A stretch of 64,000 nt of DNA from an uncultured delta proteobacterium (GTDB lineage: Bacteria; Myxococcota_A; UBA9160; UBA6930). Location of the stretch: contig CAVXZE010000006.1 of assembly GCA_963766175.1 (NCBI GenBank), forward strand, positions 55,333 to 119,332, written 5' to 3'. Numbering within the stretch: the stretch's first letter is position 1; each line of letters opens with the position of its first letter. The position numbers were made by a program, and so were the translations under genes. Shown piece by piece: positions 9,909 through 18,405 of the stretch. Under the pieces are notes generated by a model. The model was given only the letters and a program-made list of their open reading frames with translations, was not told the origin of the DNA and ran no database searches.

Positions 9909-9968
9909 GGTTCATCCTCCTTCTGGGAGGAGGCTATGCGAGCCGGCCGCGCGACGCTGTGAAGCGCT

Positions 9969-11993
9969 TCACACCCCCTCGGAGGCGCTCAGAAGCACCT
10001 GTGCCGGAAGGATCGGCGACCAGGTGCCGACCGTGCTCAGCCAGACCTGGTGTATGGCGCGGGTCACAGCCACGTAGAGGGCTCTCCGCGCCTCTGGAGT
10101 GTCGGGATAGCGTGCTGCCGAGGCGTCTGGGACGACCACGTAGTCGAACTCCAGCCCCTTGACGTCCGCTACGCAGGTCACGCTGATGCCCGGGAGGAAG
10201 TCGAACTCGCCGTCCAGTGCCAGCCCGGTGGCGAGGCCGCGCTGGAGGTTCTGCTCCAGCCGCGCCGCGTCAGGAGCCGCACGGCAGATGATCGCGACGG
10301 TGGCGCGCGGATCGAAGACCAGCAGCTCCGAGAGCTGGTCGGTCAGCCGCGTCGCCAGGTGGCATTCGCTCGGGAAGCGGGAGAAGACGATCCTCCGGGA
10401 ATCGCCAGTCTCTCCCGGCGGGGGAGGAGGCTGGCCCGGGGTCTCGGAGCGGAAGAGACTGCGGCCAAAGGCCGAGATCTCGGGCGGGCATCTGTAGCTC
10501 GCCTCGAGCGTCACGGTGTGGTGGTCCCGGACACCGAGCTCGCTCACGCTGGCTGACCAACCGTCGAAGTAGGCCGCCGGGTCGATTTGCTGCCGTTCGT
10601 CGCCGGCAATCGTCAAGGCGCCGTCGGCCGAAAGCGCGCGCCCGATGACGGCGAGCTCCAGCGGAGCGAGCTCCTGTGCCTCGTCGACGACGATGTGTCC
10701 ATAGGTCGCCAGACGGCCCTCCGCCGTGGCATCGCTACCGCTTCTCAATCGATTGAGCTCGAAGAGCACCGCGCAGTCCTCCGCATCGATCGTCGCGGCG
10801 TCCTGCATGGGAGTGCCGCGATCGATCGCGAGCCCATCCACGGTGGCGAGGCGGTCCGCGTCGATGTGCGAGGACTCCTGCTCGGTGGTCTCGCTGAACT
10901 GGACACGCGTGTGCTCGATCAGGTCGTCGATCATGCGCTGGGTCAGCAGGCCATTCGAGGCCTGGGCGACGCGCTCGAGCAGCTGCCGGTCGCCCCAGAG
11001 ATGGAGCAGGTCTTCCCTGATCGCGCAGGGGTCGCCTGGCTCCTCCCCCTGGGTTGAGGCTCGGCCGGTGCGGGCTGCGAGCTCTGGCAGGACGCTCCGG
11101 AGAGCCGGGTGCCTCTTGAAGCGAATCACGGTCGCCGACGCGTCGTCGCTCGTCCGATCGGGCAGGTCGGCGAAGACCTGCTGCGCCTGCGTCCAGATCC
11201 ACTGGTCGAACGTCTGCACATCCGTGCTCTCGACAACGAGCCTTTCGAGCATCGACTCGGCGAGGCGCCTCAGGCCTTCGGTGGGCACGATCACGACCGC
11301 CCGGAATGGTTGCCTCGACGCCAGGGCTTGCCGCGTCAGGAAGGCCAGGCGGTGAAGCGCGACGGTGGTCTTCCCATACCCCGCTTCTCCGAGTACCAGG
11401 AGCGATTTCGAGGGCGGGAGCTCGACGGCCCGGCGCTGGTCGGGATCCAGCTGGACCAGGACCGGGGAGAAGGGCCTGGCCCGGTCTGCCTCGCTCCTCG
11501 GGAAGAGGAGAGGTGGCCGGTCGTCCTCGAGCTCGATCCAGCTGTCGCGGTTTCGCCGGGTCAGGATCCGATCCGGGGTGACGATCTCGATGGGTTCGCC
11601 TGCTTCGAACGCCACCAGATTTCGCTGGGTCAAGATGCCGCCGAGGCTGCGATCTTGGAGCTCCACCTCGTACTCTTCGCCCTCCTGGAAGGCGAAGAAG
11701 ATTTCTGCGAGGGGAGCGTGTTGCCAGTCGATGATCGTGACGTCGGAGCCGACGAAGGTCTTCGCTCCGAGAAGCACGTCCCGGGTGCGCCCGTCTCGGA
11801 GCAGCCGCATGTGCGCGAAGTACGGTACCGGAAGATCGGGAAGGGCGTTTCGGGCGGCTCTGGAGAGGCGAATCTGATCCTCGACGATCTCCTGCCAGGG
11901 GCTATCGAGCTTGTCCTTCAAGAGAGGGCTCCGCTCTGCGGGCCGCCGGGGCCATCGGCGTGAAGCACGTGCAACGTTCTGCCCTCGTAGCAT
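9969..11993 (-). CDS. UvrD/HelD-like superfamily-1 helicase
   Basis: Walker A GEAGYGKTT, Walker B-like HIVVDEAQE, C-terminal VKGLEFDYVVV..YVAVTRA. The N-terminal YFAHMRL.. segment is HelD-like. Start at ATG 11993; the further 288 codons of ORF 9969..12857 run antisense to a better + gene. Confidence 0.85.
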   Translation of the reverse strand: MLRGQNVARASRRWPRRPAERSPLLKDKLDSPWQEIVEDQIRLSRAARNALPDLPVPYFAHMRLLRDGRTRDVLLGAKTFVGSDVTIIDWQHAPLAEIFFAFQEGEEYEVELQDRSLGGILTQRNLVAFEAGEPIEIVTPDRILTRRNRDSWIELEDDRPPLLFPRSEADRARPFSPVLVQLDPDQRRAVELPPSKSLLVLGEAGYGKTTVALHRLAFLTRQALASRQPFRAVVIVPTEGLRRLAESMLERLVVESTDVQTFDQWIWTQAQQVFADLPDRTSDDASATVIRFKRHPALRSVLPELAARTGRASTQGEEPGDPCAIREDLLHLWGDRQLLERVAQASNGLLTQRMIDDLIEHTRVQFSETTEQESSHIDADRLATVDGLAIDRGTPMQDAATIDAEDCAVLFELNRLRSGSDATAEGRLATYGHIVVDEAQELAPLELAVIGRALSADGALTIAGDERQQIDPAAYFDGWSASVSELGVRDHHTVTLEASYRCPPEISAFGRSLFRSETPGQPPPPPGETGDSRRIVFSRFPSECHLATRLTDQLSELLVFDPRATVAIICRAAPDAARLEQNLQRGLATGLALDGEFDFLPGISVTCVADVKGLEFDYVVVPDASAARYPDTPEARRALYVAVTRAIHQVWLSTVGTWSPILPAQVLLSASEGV

Positions 11994-12086
11994 TCGGGAA
12001 CGGGCGATGCCAGACGGGGGAAAGCCGGCGAGTCGCGCGGAGGGGTCGGGACTCGATCGAGGCCGGTCCTTGAACGGGGAGGGAGA

Positions 12087-12998
12087 ATGTGGTTGTTTTC
12101 CCACCCTGCGATTCGAGGGAGATCGAGCGTGGAGAGAGGCGAATTCGAGCAGTGGGTCGTCGAAGAGACCCGTCGTTTCGTGGAGGAAGATCCTGGCAAT
12201 CGGCTGGAGCGCCTGGACGGCTCTCCCATCTTTCAGCAGCCGTTGGTGGGATTCGTGGCGGGTGACGACCCGATCTTCGACCGATTGAAGCAGGTCATCG
12301 GTGAGTTCCACATGACGCCCGCGGAGGTGATGGGGGCGGTCGCGCGGGAGCGCGGTCTCGCCGTCCCGGCGGCCGCGGAGGTCGGTGTCATCTCCTATGT
12401 CCTTCCCATCTCGAGCGAAACCCGGAAGGAGAACAGTCGGATGAAGGACCGACCGTCGGAGCGCTGGGCTCATACCCGCCTCTTCGGCGAGCAGTTCAAT
12501 CGGAAGCTCCAGGCGCACCTGGTTTCCGTGCTCGAGGAGAAGGGGCACTTCGCCGTCGCGCCGGAGATGGAAGAGAGCCTGTTCCGGATGCTCCTCGACG
12601 AGAAGGTCGGGTGGGCTTCCACCTGGTCGCAGCGCCACGTGGCCTTCTCCGCCGGCCTGGGCACCTTCGGTCTGTCCGACGGCCTGATCACGGCAGCGGG
12701 GAAGGGGCACCGGGTGGGCAGCGTGGTCGTCGACCGGGCGCTCGAGTCTCCGGAGAGGACGGAGGAGGTCTACCGAGACTGTCTGTCTCACCAGAAGCTG
12801 GGCTGCCGGAACTGCATCAAGCGTTGTCCTGCAGATGCCATCAGCGAAGCCGGACACGACAAGGCCCGATGCATGGAGTTCGTGATGAAGCAGATAGCCG
12901 CGATCAAGGAGGAGTACGGCATCGACATCTACGGGTGCGGGCTCTGTCAGACGGGTGTGCCTTGCGCGGAGGGGGTCCCCCAGGCAGATCCGAAGTGA
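12087..12998 (+). CDS. Epoxyqueuosine-reductase/reductive-dehalogenase-like Fe-S protein (paralog 1)
   Basis: C-terminal Cys motifs CRNCIKRCPADAI and CGLCQTGVPC after an alpha/beta core. The exact start is uncertain. Confidence 0.75.
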   Translation: MWLFSHPAIRGRSSVERGEFEQWVVEETRRFVEEDPGNRLERLDGSPIFQQPLVGFVAGDDPIFDRLKQVIGEFHMTPAEVMGAVARERGLAVPAAAEVGVISYVLPISSETRKENSRMKDRPSERWAHTRLFGEQFNRKLQAHLVSVLEEKGHFAVAPEMEESLFRMLLDEKVGWASTWSQRHVAFSAGLGTFGLSDGLITAAGKGHRVGSVVVDRALESPERTEEVYRDCLSHQKLGCRNCIKRCPADAISEAGHDKARCMEFVMKQIAAIKEEYGIDIYGCGLCQTGVPCAEGVPQADPK

Positions 12999-13051
12999 CG
13001 CGGAGCCGCGAATCGGCGCATACTGGAAGGGTCTGACTGGAGGTCACGAAC

Positions 13052-14242
13052 ATGACGAAAGCCCGCTGGGTGATCCTCGGTGTCCTGCTGGTAATTCTGC
13101 TCGCGGTGGCCGTCGTCTACCGGCAATCCCTGGTGCTGCGCATCGCGAGCATGCGCCCCTTCGTCGAGGACCGCTTCGACGGCTGGGTCCAGGCCGGGGC
13201 GGATGAGGCGGAGCTCGATGCCGCGTTCCGCCGAGTGCACGACCCGATCGGTACCGGCCCGGGCTCGTGGGTCTACGAGGTCAGCCTCCCGGCGGCCGAG
13301 CACGAGGCCCGCGCCCGGGAGTTCGAGGCCGCGGGCGACGCCGAGGCGGCCCGCGAGGAATGGCGGCAGGCCGCGATCTTCTACTACGTCGCCCGCTTTC
13401 CCTTCATCGGGAACGAGGCGAAGGCCGCGGCGTACCGCAAGCACATCGAGTGCTACCTCGAGTCGGTGAAGCACGAAGAGCCGGCTCTAGAAATCGTGCG
13501 TATCCCCTATGAGGGCGAGGAGATCATCGGCTACCTGCGCGTACCCCCCTCCGACTCTCCTCCGCCCGTCGTGGTCTTGACGGGCGGCGTGGACACCTGG
13601 AAGAGCGACATCGAAGCGCAGTCGAAGGCCGTGCTGGCCGAGGGCATGGCGGCATTCACCTTCGACATGCCGGGAACCGGCGAGAGCGCCTGGCCACTCT
13701 CCCCTGACGGCGAGAGGATATTCAGCCGCGTGCTCGAGTACCTGAAGATGCGGCCGGACCTGGACGGCGACCGGATGGCGGTACACCTGCAGAGCTTCGC
13801 GGGCTACTACGCGGTCAAGCTGGCGGTGCTCGATCCGAACGTGAAGGCCGCGGTCAACGTCGGCGGGCCCATTCACCTCTCCTTCACCCTCGAACACGCC
13901 GAGAACGTGCACGAGGGCATGGTCAAGACCATCGCTCACGCCATGGGCGAAGACCTCGACCAGTCCATCGAGGAGATGATCGCGAAGATCGAGCCGTTCT
14001 CACTGGAACGGCAGGGGCTGCTGAAGGCTCCGGAGCGCCAGGCGCCTCTGCTCAGTATCAACGGCGACCAGGACCCACTGGTGACCATCGACGACCTGTA
14101 CATCATCTCCGAGAGCGGCATCGCCCAGGAGGAGTGGGTGTACGAGGGCGACGGCCACTGCGCGTCGGGCAATGCCAGCGAGCACGTTCCCAAGGCCGCT
14201 GCCTGGATCAAGGCGCAGCTCAGCCGGGTCGGCAAGTCGTAG
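13052..14242 (+). CDS. Alpha/beta hydrolase (FrsA-like esterase) with N-terminal TM anchor
   Basis: N-terminal TM WVILGVLLVILLAVAVV. Segment PPVVVLTGGVDTWKSD and an overall FrsA-like layout. Confidence 0.85.
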   Translation: MTKARWVILGVLLVILLAVAVVYRQSLVLRIASMRPFVEDRFDGWVQAGADEAELDAAFRRVHDPIGTGPGSWVYEVSLPAAEHEARAREFEAAGDAEAAREEWRQAAIFYYVARFPFIGNEAKAAAYRKHIECYLESVKHEEPALEIVRIPYEGEEIIGYLRVPPSDSPPPVVVLTGGVDTWKSDIEAQSKAVLAEGMAAFTFDMPGTGESAWPLSPDGERIFSRVLEYLKMRPDLDGDRMAVHLQSFAGYYAVKLAVLDPNVKAAVNVGGPIHLSFTLEHAENVHEGMVKTIAHAMGEDLDQSIEEMIAKIEPFSLERQGLLKAPERQAPLLSINGDQDPLVTIDDLYIISESGIAQEEWVYEGDGHCASGNASEHVPKAAAWIKAQLSRVGKS

Positions 14243-14368
14243 GAGGTTGTAGAAGGCAAGAGCGCAGGTGAACGGCATCGGACTCGAGTACGAGACCTTC
14301 GGCGATCGCGGCGCTGATGCGGCCGCGCGTGAAGGAGCGCGATGGCGCCATCGAGCAGGCGGCCTCGC

Positions 14369-15370
14369 TCAGTCGTCTCCCGCCGGGAGAGTTTGGTCGG
14401 GTCCGTCGACGCCTTGGATGTCTCTCGAGCCGATTGGCATTCGCTCGACGACTTGTCTGGGCGCGCTGTCCAGCCACAGTCTCAGGATATCCGGCCGCGC
14501 GTAGTGGCCCACCGTATCGAGCAGATTCTTCTGCCGGGTGATGTCGGAGAGGTCGATCTCGGCTACGGCCATCTCTTCACCCGGAGGGAGCGGACCGGCC
14601 AGGTACGCTCCGCTGGGAGACACGACCGCCGTGCAGAGACCACCTCGAAGCAGCTCCGCCAGGGGTCCATCCGGGGCGATCTCGGTGCGCTGCTCGTCGC
14701 TCAGCCAGCAGGTGGCGTTTACCACGAAAGCTCCCGATTCCATGGCGTGATGGCGGACCGCCGCATCGAGCTGGGCCGACATGGCTTCACCGCCCAGCGA
14801 GCCCGGGAAGTGGGAGCAGTGGATCTCCTCGCCCGCTGCGATCAGGGCGTAACGAGCCAGGGGCATGTAGTGCTCCCAGCAGATCAACGCACCGAGCCGG
14901 CCGACGGCCGTGTCGAAGGTCCTGAGACCGCTGCCATCTCCCCAGCCCCAGACCATCCGCTCGTGAAAGGTGGGCATGATCTTGCGGCGCTTCCCGACCA
15001 GTGAGCCGTCCGCGTCGAAGATCAGCTGGGTGTTGTAGAGGCTTCCGCCGTCCCGCTCGTTCACGCCCAGGACGACCACGGTGCCCGCGCGTCCAGCCGC
15101 GCCTCCGACCCTCTCGGTGACCGGTCCGGGCACCTCGACGGCCTGGCCGTGAAGCCGGGTCAGGAGCTCGCCGATCGCGACCGGGGGAGTCACCATCGCG
15201 AAGTAGGGGTAGCTGGGGATCACGGTCTCTGGGAACACGGCCAGCTGGATCTGATCCCGGCCGCACCTCTCGATCACCTCGACGACCTTGTCCGTGGTTC
15301 CATCGCGGTCGAGGAGCACCGGCGAGAGCTGAACCGCCGCGACGCGAAGCTTGGTCTGACTCGCGGTCAT
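14369..15370 (-). CDS. Nitrilase / carbon-nitrogen hydrolase
   Basis: LRVAAVQ.., FPE catalytic Glu, and the catalytic Cys motif LICWEHYMP. Start ATG 15370; 15391 is possible. Confidence 0.9.
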   Translation of the reverse strand: MTASQTKLRVAAVQLSPVLLDRDGTTDKVVEVIERCGRDQIQLAVFPETVIPSYPYFAMVTPPVAIGELLTRLHGQAVEVPGPVTERVGGAAGRAGTVVVLGVNERDGGSLYNTQLIFDADGSLVGKRRKIMPTFHERMVWGWGDGSGLRTFDTAVGRLGALICWEHYMPLARYALIAAGEEIHCSHFPGSLGGEAMSAQLDAAVRHHAMESGAFVVNATCWLSDEQRTEIAPDGPLAELLRGGLCTAVVSPSGAYLAGPLPPGEEMAVAEIDLSDITRQKNLLDTVGHYARPDILRLWLDSAPRQVVERMPIGSRDIQGVDGPDQTLPAGDD

Positions 15371-15516
15371 TGATGTCGTCCTCCATCTCATTCGTATCCT
15401 CGCACGGTCCCAACCGCGTCATCAAGGCTCCCGCCCGGCGGGCACGCTCAAGTGGCACTGGAAAAGAGCCGAATCAGCGGGGGCTGATCCGGACTCGATC
15501 CGGGAGGAGCTGAGGC

Positions 15517-16290
15517 TTGGAGGCGCTCCGACTCCTTGGCGTGGGAATCTTCCTCGCCACTTGTCTTGCGGCGGGAATCAGGCTTCTGGTACTTGCCGCC
15601 CGAACGCGTCAGATGCCCGAGCTCGCTCTCGGCGTGACCCTCTTCGCGTCTGGGGGCCTCGGTGGCATCCTCTACTTTCTCGGAACCAGCCGCGCGGAGG
15701 AACTCGGGGAGCTCGCAATCTGGGTACGGGGGTGTGGGCGCCTGTGTCTGAGCGCAGGGGCCCTGACTCTCTGGGCGTTCACCTGGCGAGTCTTCCGACC
15801 GGACAGCCGGTGGGCGGCCGCGCTCTTCTCCCTCGCCGCCTGCGCCGTGGTGGGGGGATTCGTGGGGGAGGGTCTCACCACCGGCTTCAGCGGTGGGAAC
15901 TTCGATGCGGTCTGGTCGCAGCTCGGCGTACTGGCCCGCGGGTGCGCTTTCCTCTGGGCAGCCGTCGAGTCGTTTCGCTACTTCGGTCTGCTGCGCCGGC
16001 GCCTTCGCGTTGGTCTCGCCGACCCCGTGCTGGTGAACCGATTCCTGCTGTGGGGGATCGCCTCATCCACAGCCTTCGGGATCTATGCGGTGGCGCTGGT
16101 GAATCTCCTCGAGAGCCCCACCCACGATGTCGCGGCGGGAGTGTTCAGACCGGCCTGGGCGCTTCTCACCTCGGTCCTCGGCATCACCTCCGGGGTCTGT
16201 ACCTGGCTCGCCTTCCTGGCACCCGCACCCTACCGCCGCTGGCTCGAGTCAGGCACGGCCAACGGCTCCCCCTCCGAACCAGGGCGCTGA
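15517..16290 (+). CDS. Polytopic (about 7-TM) membrane protein, unknown function
   Basis: TTG start. Seven hydrophobic segments and a consistent GC3 frame. No motif recognised. Confidence 0.6.
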   Translation: MEALRLLGVGIFLATCLAAGIRLLVLAARTRQMPELALGVTLFASGGLGGILYFLGTSRAEELGELAIWVRGCGRLCLSAGALTLWAFTWRVFRPDSRWAAALFSLAACAVVGGFVGEGLTTGFSGGNFDAVWSQLGVLARGCAFLWAAVESFRYFGLLRRRLRVGLADPVLVNRFLLWGIASSTAFGIYAVALVNLLESPTHDVAAGVFRPAWALLTSVLGITSGVCTWLAFLAPAPYRRWLESGTANGSPSEPGR

Positions 16291-16362
16291 CACCGCTGAG
16301 GGTCGGATCGGTCCTGTCGGGAGGGAAGCAGAGCACCTGTCGCGCGGTGGTCGGGATCCCGC

Positions 16363-17427
16363 TCAGGACTTCTGGTACCAGACCCTCTCCTCCTCGGGCA
16401 TCTCGCCGAGGCGCTTCTCGGCGATCTCGGGAGAGACCGCCTCCAGGGTCCCGTCCGGGTTCTGCACCACGACACCGTGCTTGGTGAGCAGCTTGTAGCG
16501 GCGCTTGCGCTCGTCGCGGTCGGGGTGGCAGACGAGCTGGCAGTTTCCGCAGGTCATGTTGATCACCCGCCCGCCCGGCATCGCCGGGTGGTGGAAGCCA
16601 CCCTCGATCTTGGGACGCGGCGCCGAGGCGACCACCGCCTCGACCAGGGCCGGCATGAACTCCTCGTCCTTCTCCGGGATCGGGAAGCGTCCCGGAGACC
16701 AGGTGGACCACTTGCCGTTCTTGGCCAGGCCCGTGAAGCCGCCGCAGACCAAGTCGCAGCGGTGGTAGCTGCGCCGCTCCGAGTAGCTGAACTCCATCCC
16801 GCCCATGGTGACGGCGGTCCGCTCCTTCTTGTCCATCAGTCCGGAGCTGCAGCTCGCCATGCAGAGCTTGCAGTCGTCGCAGTACTTCTCTTCGGGCGGG
16901 AGCGGCTCGGTCGGCTCGAGCTCCGCCGTGGTGACCACGGTGCCCAGGACCATGGCGGCGCCGTGCTCCTTGGTGATCACGTTGCCCGAGAGGCCGAACC
17001 AGCCGACCCCGGAGCGAACCGCCAGGTAGCGGTGGGAGATGTCGGGCATGAAGTCGGCCATGCCCCGAGGCGTGTCCTGGCGGTAGACCGCGTTCGAGGG
17101 AACCCCGTAGGAGGGAATCCCCTGCTGATTCCAGTAGTAGGCGAGGGCGACGGCGAGGCCAGTGACGTAGATATTGGTGCGGAAGTTGTCGCTCTGGTGA
17201 CCGGCGTGATCTTCCTTGGCGAGATACTGCTCGATCTTCTCCTGGTCGAAGGGAACGGCGAAGCACACCGCCGACTTCGCACCCGGCAGAACGTACTCGA
17301 GGTCGGTGGAGGGAGGCCCGCCGGCCAGCGTCTCCTTGGTCGCGACACCCACGATGGTGGCGCCCTGGAGCTTCAGAAACTCGGTCGCGAACTGGGTCAG
17401 CCCCTTCGGATCGTTCGTGGTCTGCAT
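16363..17427 (-). CDS. Epoxyqueuosine-reductase/reductive-dehalogenase-like Fe-S protein (paralog 2)
   Basis: Cys motifs CDDCKLCMASC, CDLVCGG and CGNCQLVCHPD. GAGGAGAAG SD before ATG 17427. Confidence 0.75.
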   Translation of the reverse strand: MQTTNDPKGLTQFATEFLKLQGATIVGVATKETLAGGPPSTDLEYVLPGAKSAVCFAVPFDQEKIEQYLAKEDHAGHQSDNFRTNIYVTGLAVALAYYWNQQGIPSYGVPSNAVYRQDTPRGMADFMPDISHRYLAVRSGVGWFGLSGNVITKEHGAAMVLGTVVTTAELEPTEPLPPEEKYCDDCKLCMASCSSGLMDKKERTAVTMGGMEFSYSERRSYHRCDLVCGGFTGLAKNGKWSTWSPGRFPIPEKDEEFMPALVEAVVASAPRPKIEGGFHHPAMPGGRVINMTCGNCQLVCHPDRDERKRRYKLLTKHGVVVQNPDGTLEAVSPEIAEKRLGEMPEEERVWYQKS

Positions 17428-17479
17428 GATCCACTTCTCCTCGCCGGCCGCGCCCGGGCCTTCGGGCGGGACGCTGAAA

Positions 17480-17507
17480 ATTCTACACTATGTACAGAAC
17501 TCGGCAA
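17480..17507 (-). promoter_or_regulatory. Sigma70-like promoter candidate for the 16363..17427 gene
   Basis: On the minus strand: TTGCCG, 16 nt, TAGAAT. It sits in a conspicuous AT-rich island ~50 nt upstream of the ATG. Confidence 0.35.
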
Positions 17508-17531
17508 GAAGACGAAGTTGCTCGGGCCGAT

Positions 17532-18296
17532 TCAGGCCTGCTGACCGCCGCCGTGGACGTTGACCTTCTCGCCGGTCAGGTAGGATGCTCCCTCGGAGAC
17601 CAGGAAGCGCACCGCACTCGCGACGTCCTCGGGCTGACAGACCCTGCCGAAGGGCATGATTGCGTCGAGCTTGCGCAGGTCGTCGACGCCGGCGGTCGCC
17701 TTCATCAGTCGGCGGCCCATCTCGGTCTCCACCAGGCCCGGGGCCACGATGTTGACCCGGATGCCGTTCGGTCGCTCTTCCTTGGCCAGGGTGAATGCGA
17801 GAGCCTCCATCGCGGCCTTGCCCATGTTGTAGGGGGCCCCGTTGGCGCCGTGGCTGAGGGTCGCCGTGCTCGAGATCATGACGATGTCACCCCTCTCCTG
17901 CTGACGCATGCTCGGCAGCACCAGCTGGCAGAGGTGGTGAGGGCCCAGAGCGTGGATGCGCACCACCCGTTCCAACTCGGCCGGGTCGGTGTCGAGAACG
18001 CTGTTTCCGCGACTCGCGATGCCCGCGTTGTTGACCAGGATGTCGATCTGGCCAAAATCTGCGACGACGCCCTCGATCATCTGGCGGACCTCGTCGAAAG
18101 AATCCACGCCGGCCTTGTAGGCGCGGGCGCGCCGGCCCAGCGCCTCGATGGCGGCCACCGCCTCCTTGGCGGCCGCCTCGTCGCGGCGGTAGTTGACCGC
18201 GATGTCCGCGCCGTCCTCGGCGAGTGCGAGCGCGATCGCCCGCCCGATCCCTCGACTCCCCCCGGTAACCAACGCAACCCGTCCCGCCAGCGACAT
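17532..18296 (-). CDS. SDR-family oxidoreductase (FabG-like)
   Basis: TGGSRGIG cofactor motif, NNAG, and the active-site Y-x-x-x-K (YNMGKAA). Start at ATG 18296 (MSLAGRVALVTGG). Confidence 0.9.
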   Translation of the reverse strand: MSLAGRVALVTGGSRGIGRAIALALAEDGADIAVNYRRDEAAAKEAVAAIEALGRRARAYKAGVDSFDEVRQMIEGVVADFGQIDILVNNAGIASRGNSVLDTDPAELERVVRIHALGPHHLCQLVLPSMRQQERGDIVMISSTATLSHGANGAPYNMGKAAMEALAFTLAKEERPNGIRVNIVAPGLVETEMGRRLMKATAGVDDLRKLDAIMPFGRVCQPEDVASAVRFLVSEGASYLTGEKVNVHGGGQQA

Positions 18297-18405
18297 GACT
18301 TCTCCCTTCGACAGTTGAGCGGCTTCCCTTCGGCCGGGATCATACACCAATCGTGCCACCGGCCTGGCTCGGCGGGTGCGGTCCGATTCGCCGAGATTTT
18401 GCAGC

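Noticed and set aside
11994-12857. N-terminal 288 codons of the 962-aa ORF 9969..12857, which would make a much longer helicase.
   Set aside because: That part is low-complexity (R/P/G-rich) and runs antisense to the well-formed QueG/RDH-like gene 12087..12998. Helicase-like sequence only begins after ATG 11993.
15453-15470. TGGCAC hexamer suggesting a sigma54 (-24) promoter upstream of the polytopic membrane protein gene.
   Set aside because: The expected -12 element (TTGC[AT]) at the correct 5-nt spacing is absent; the sequence there is AAGAGC.
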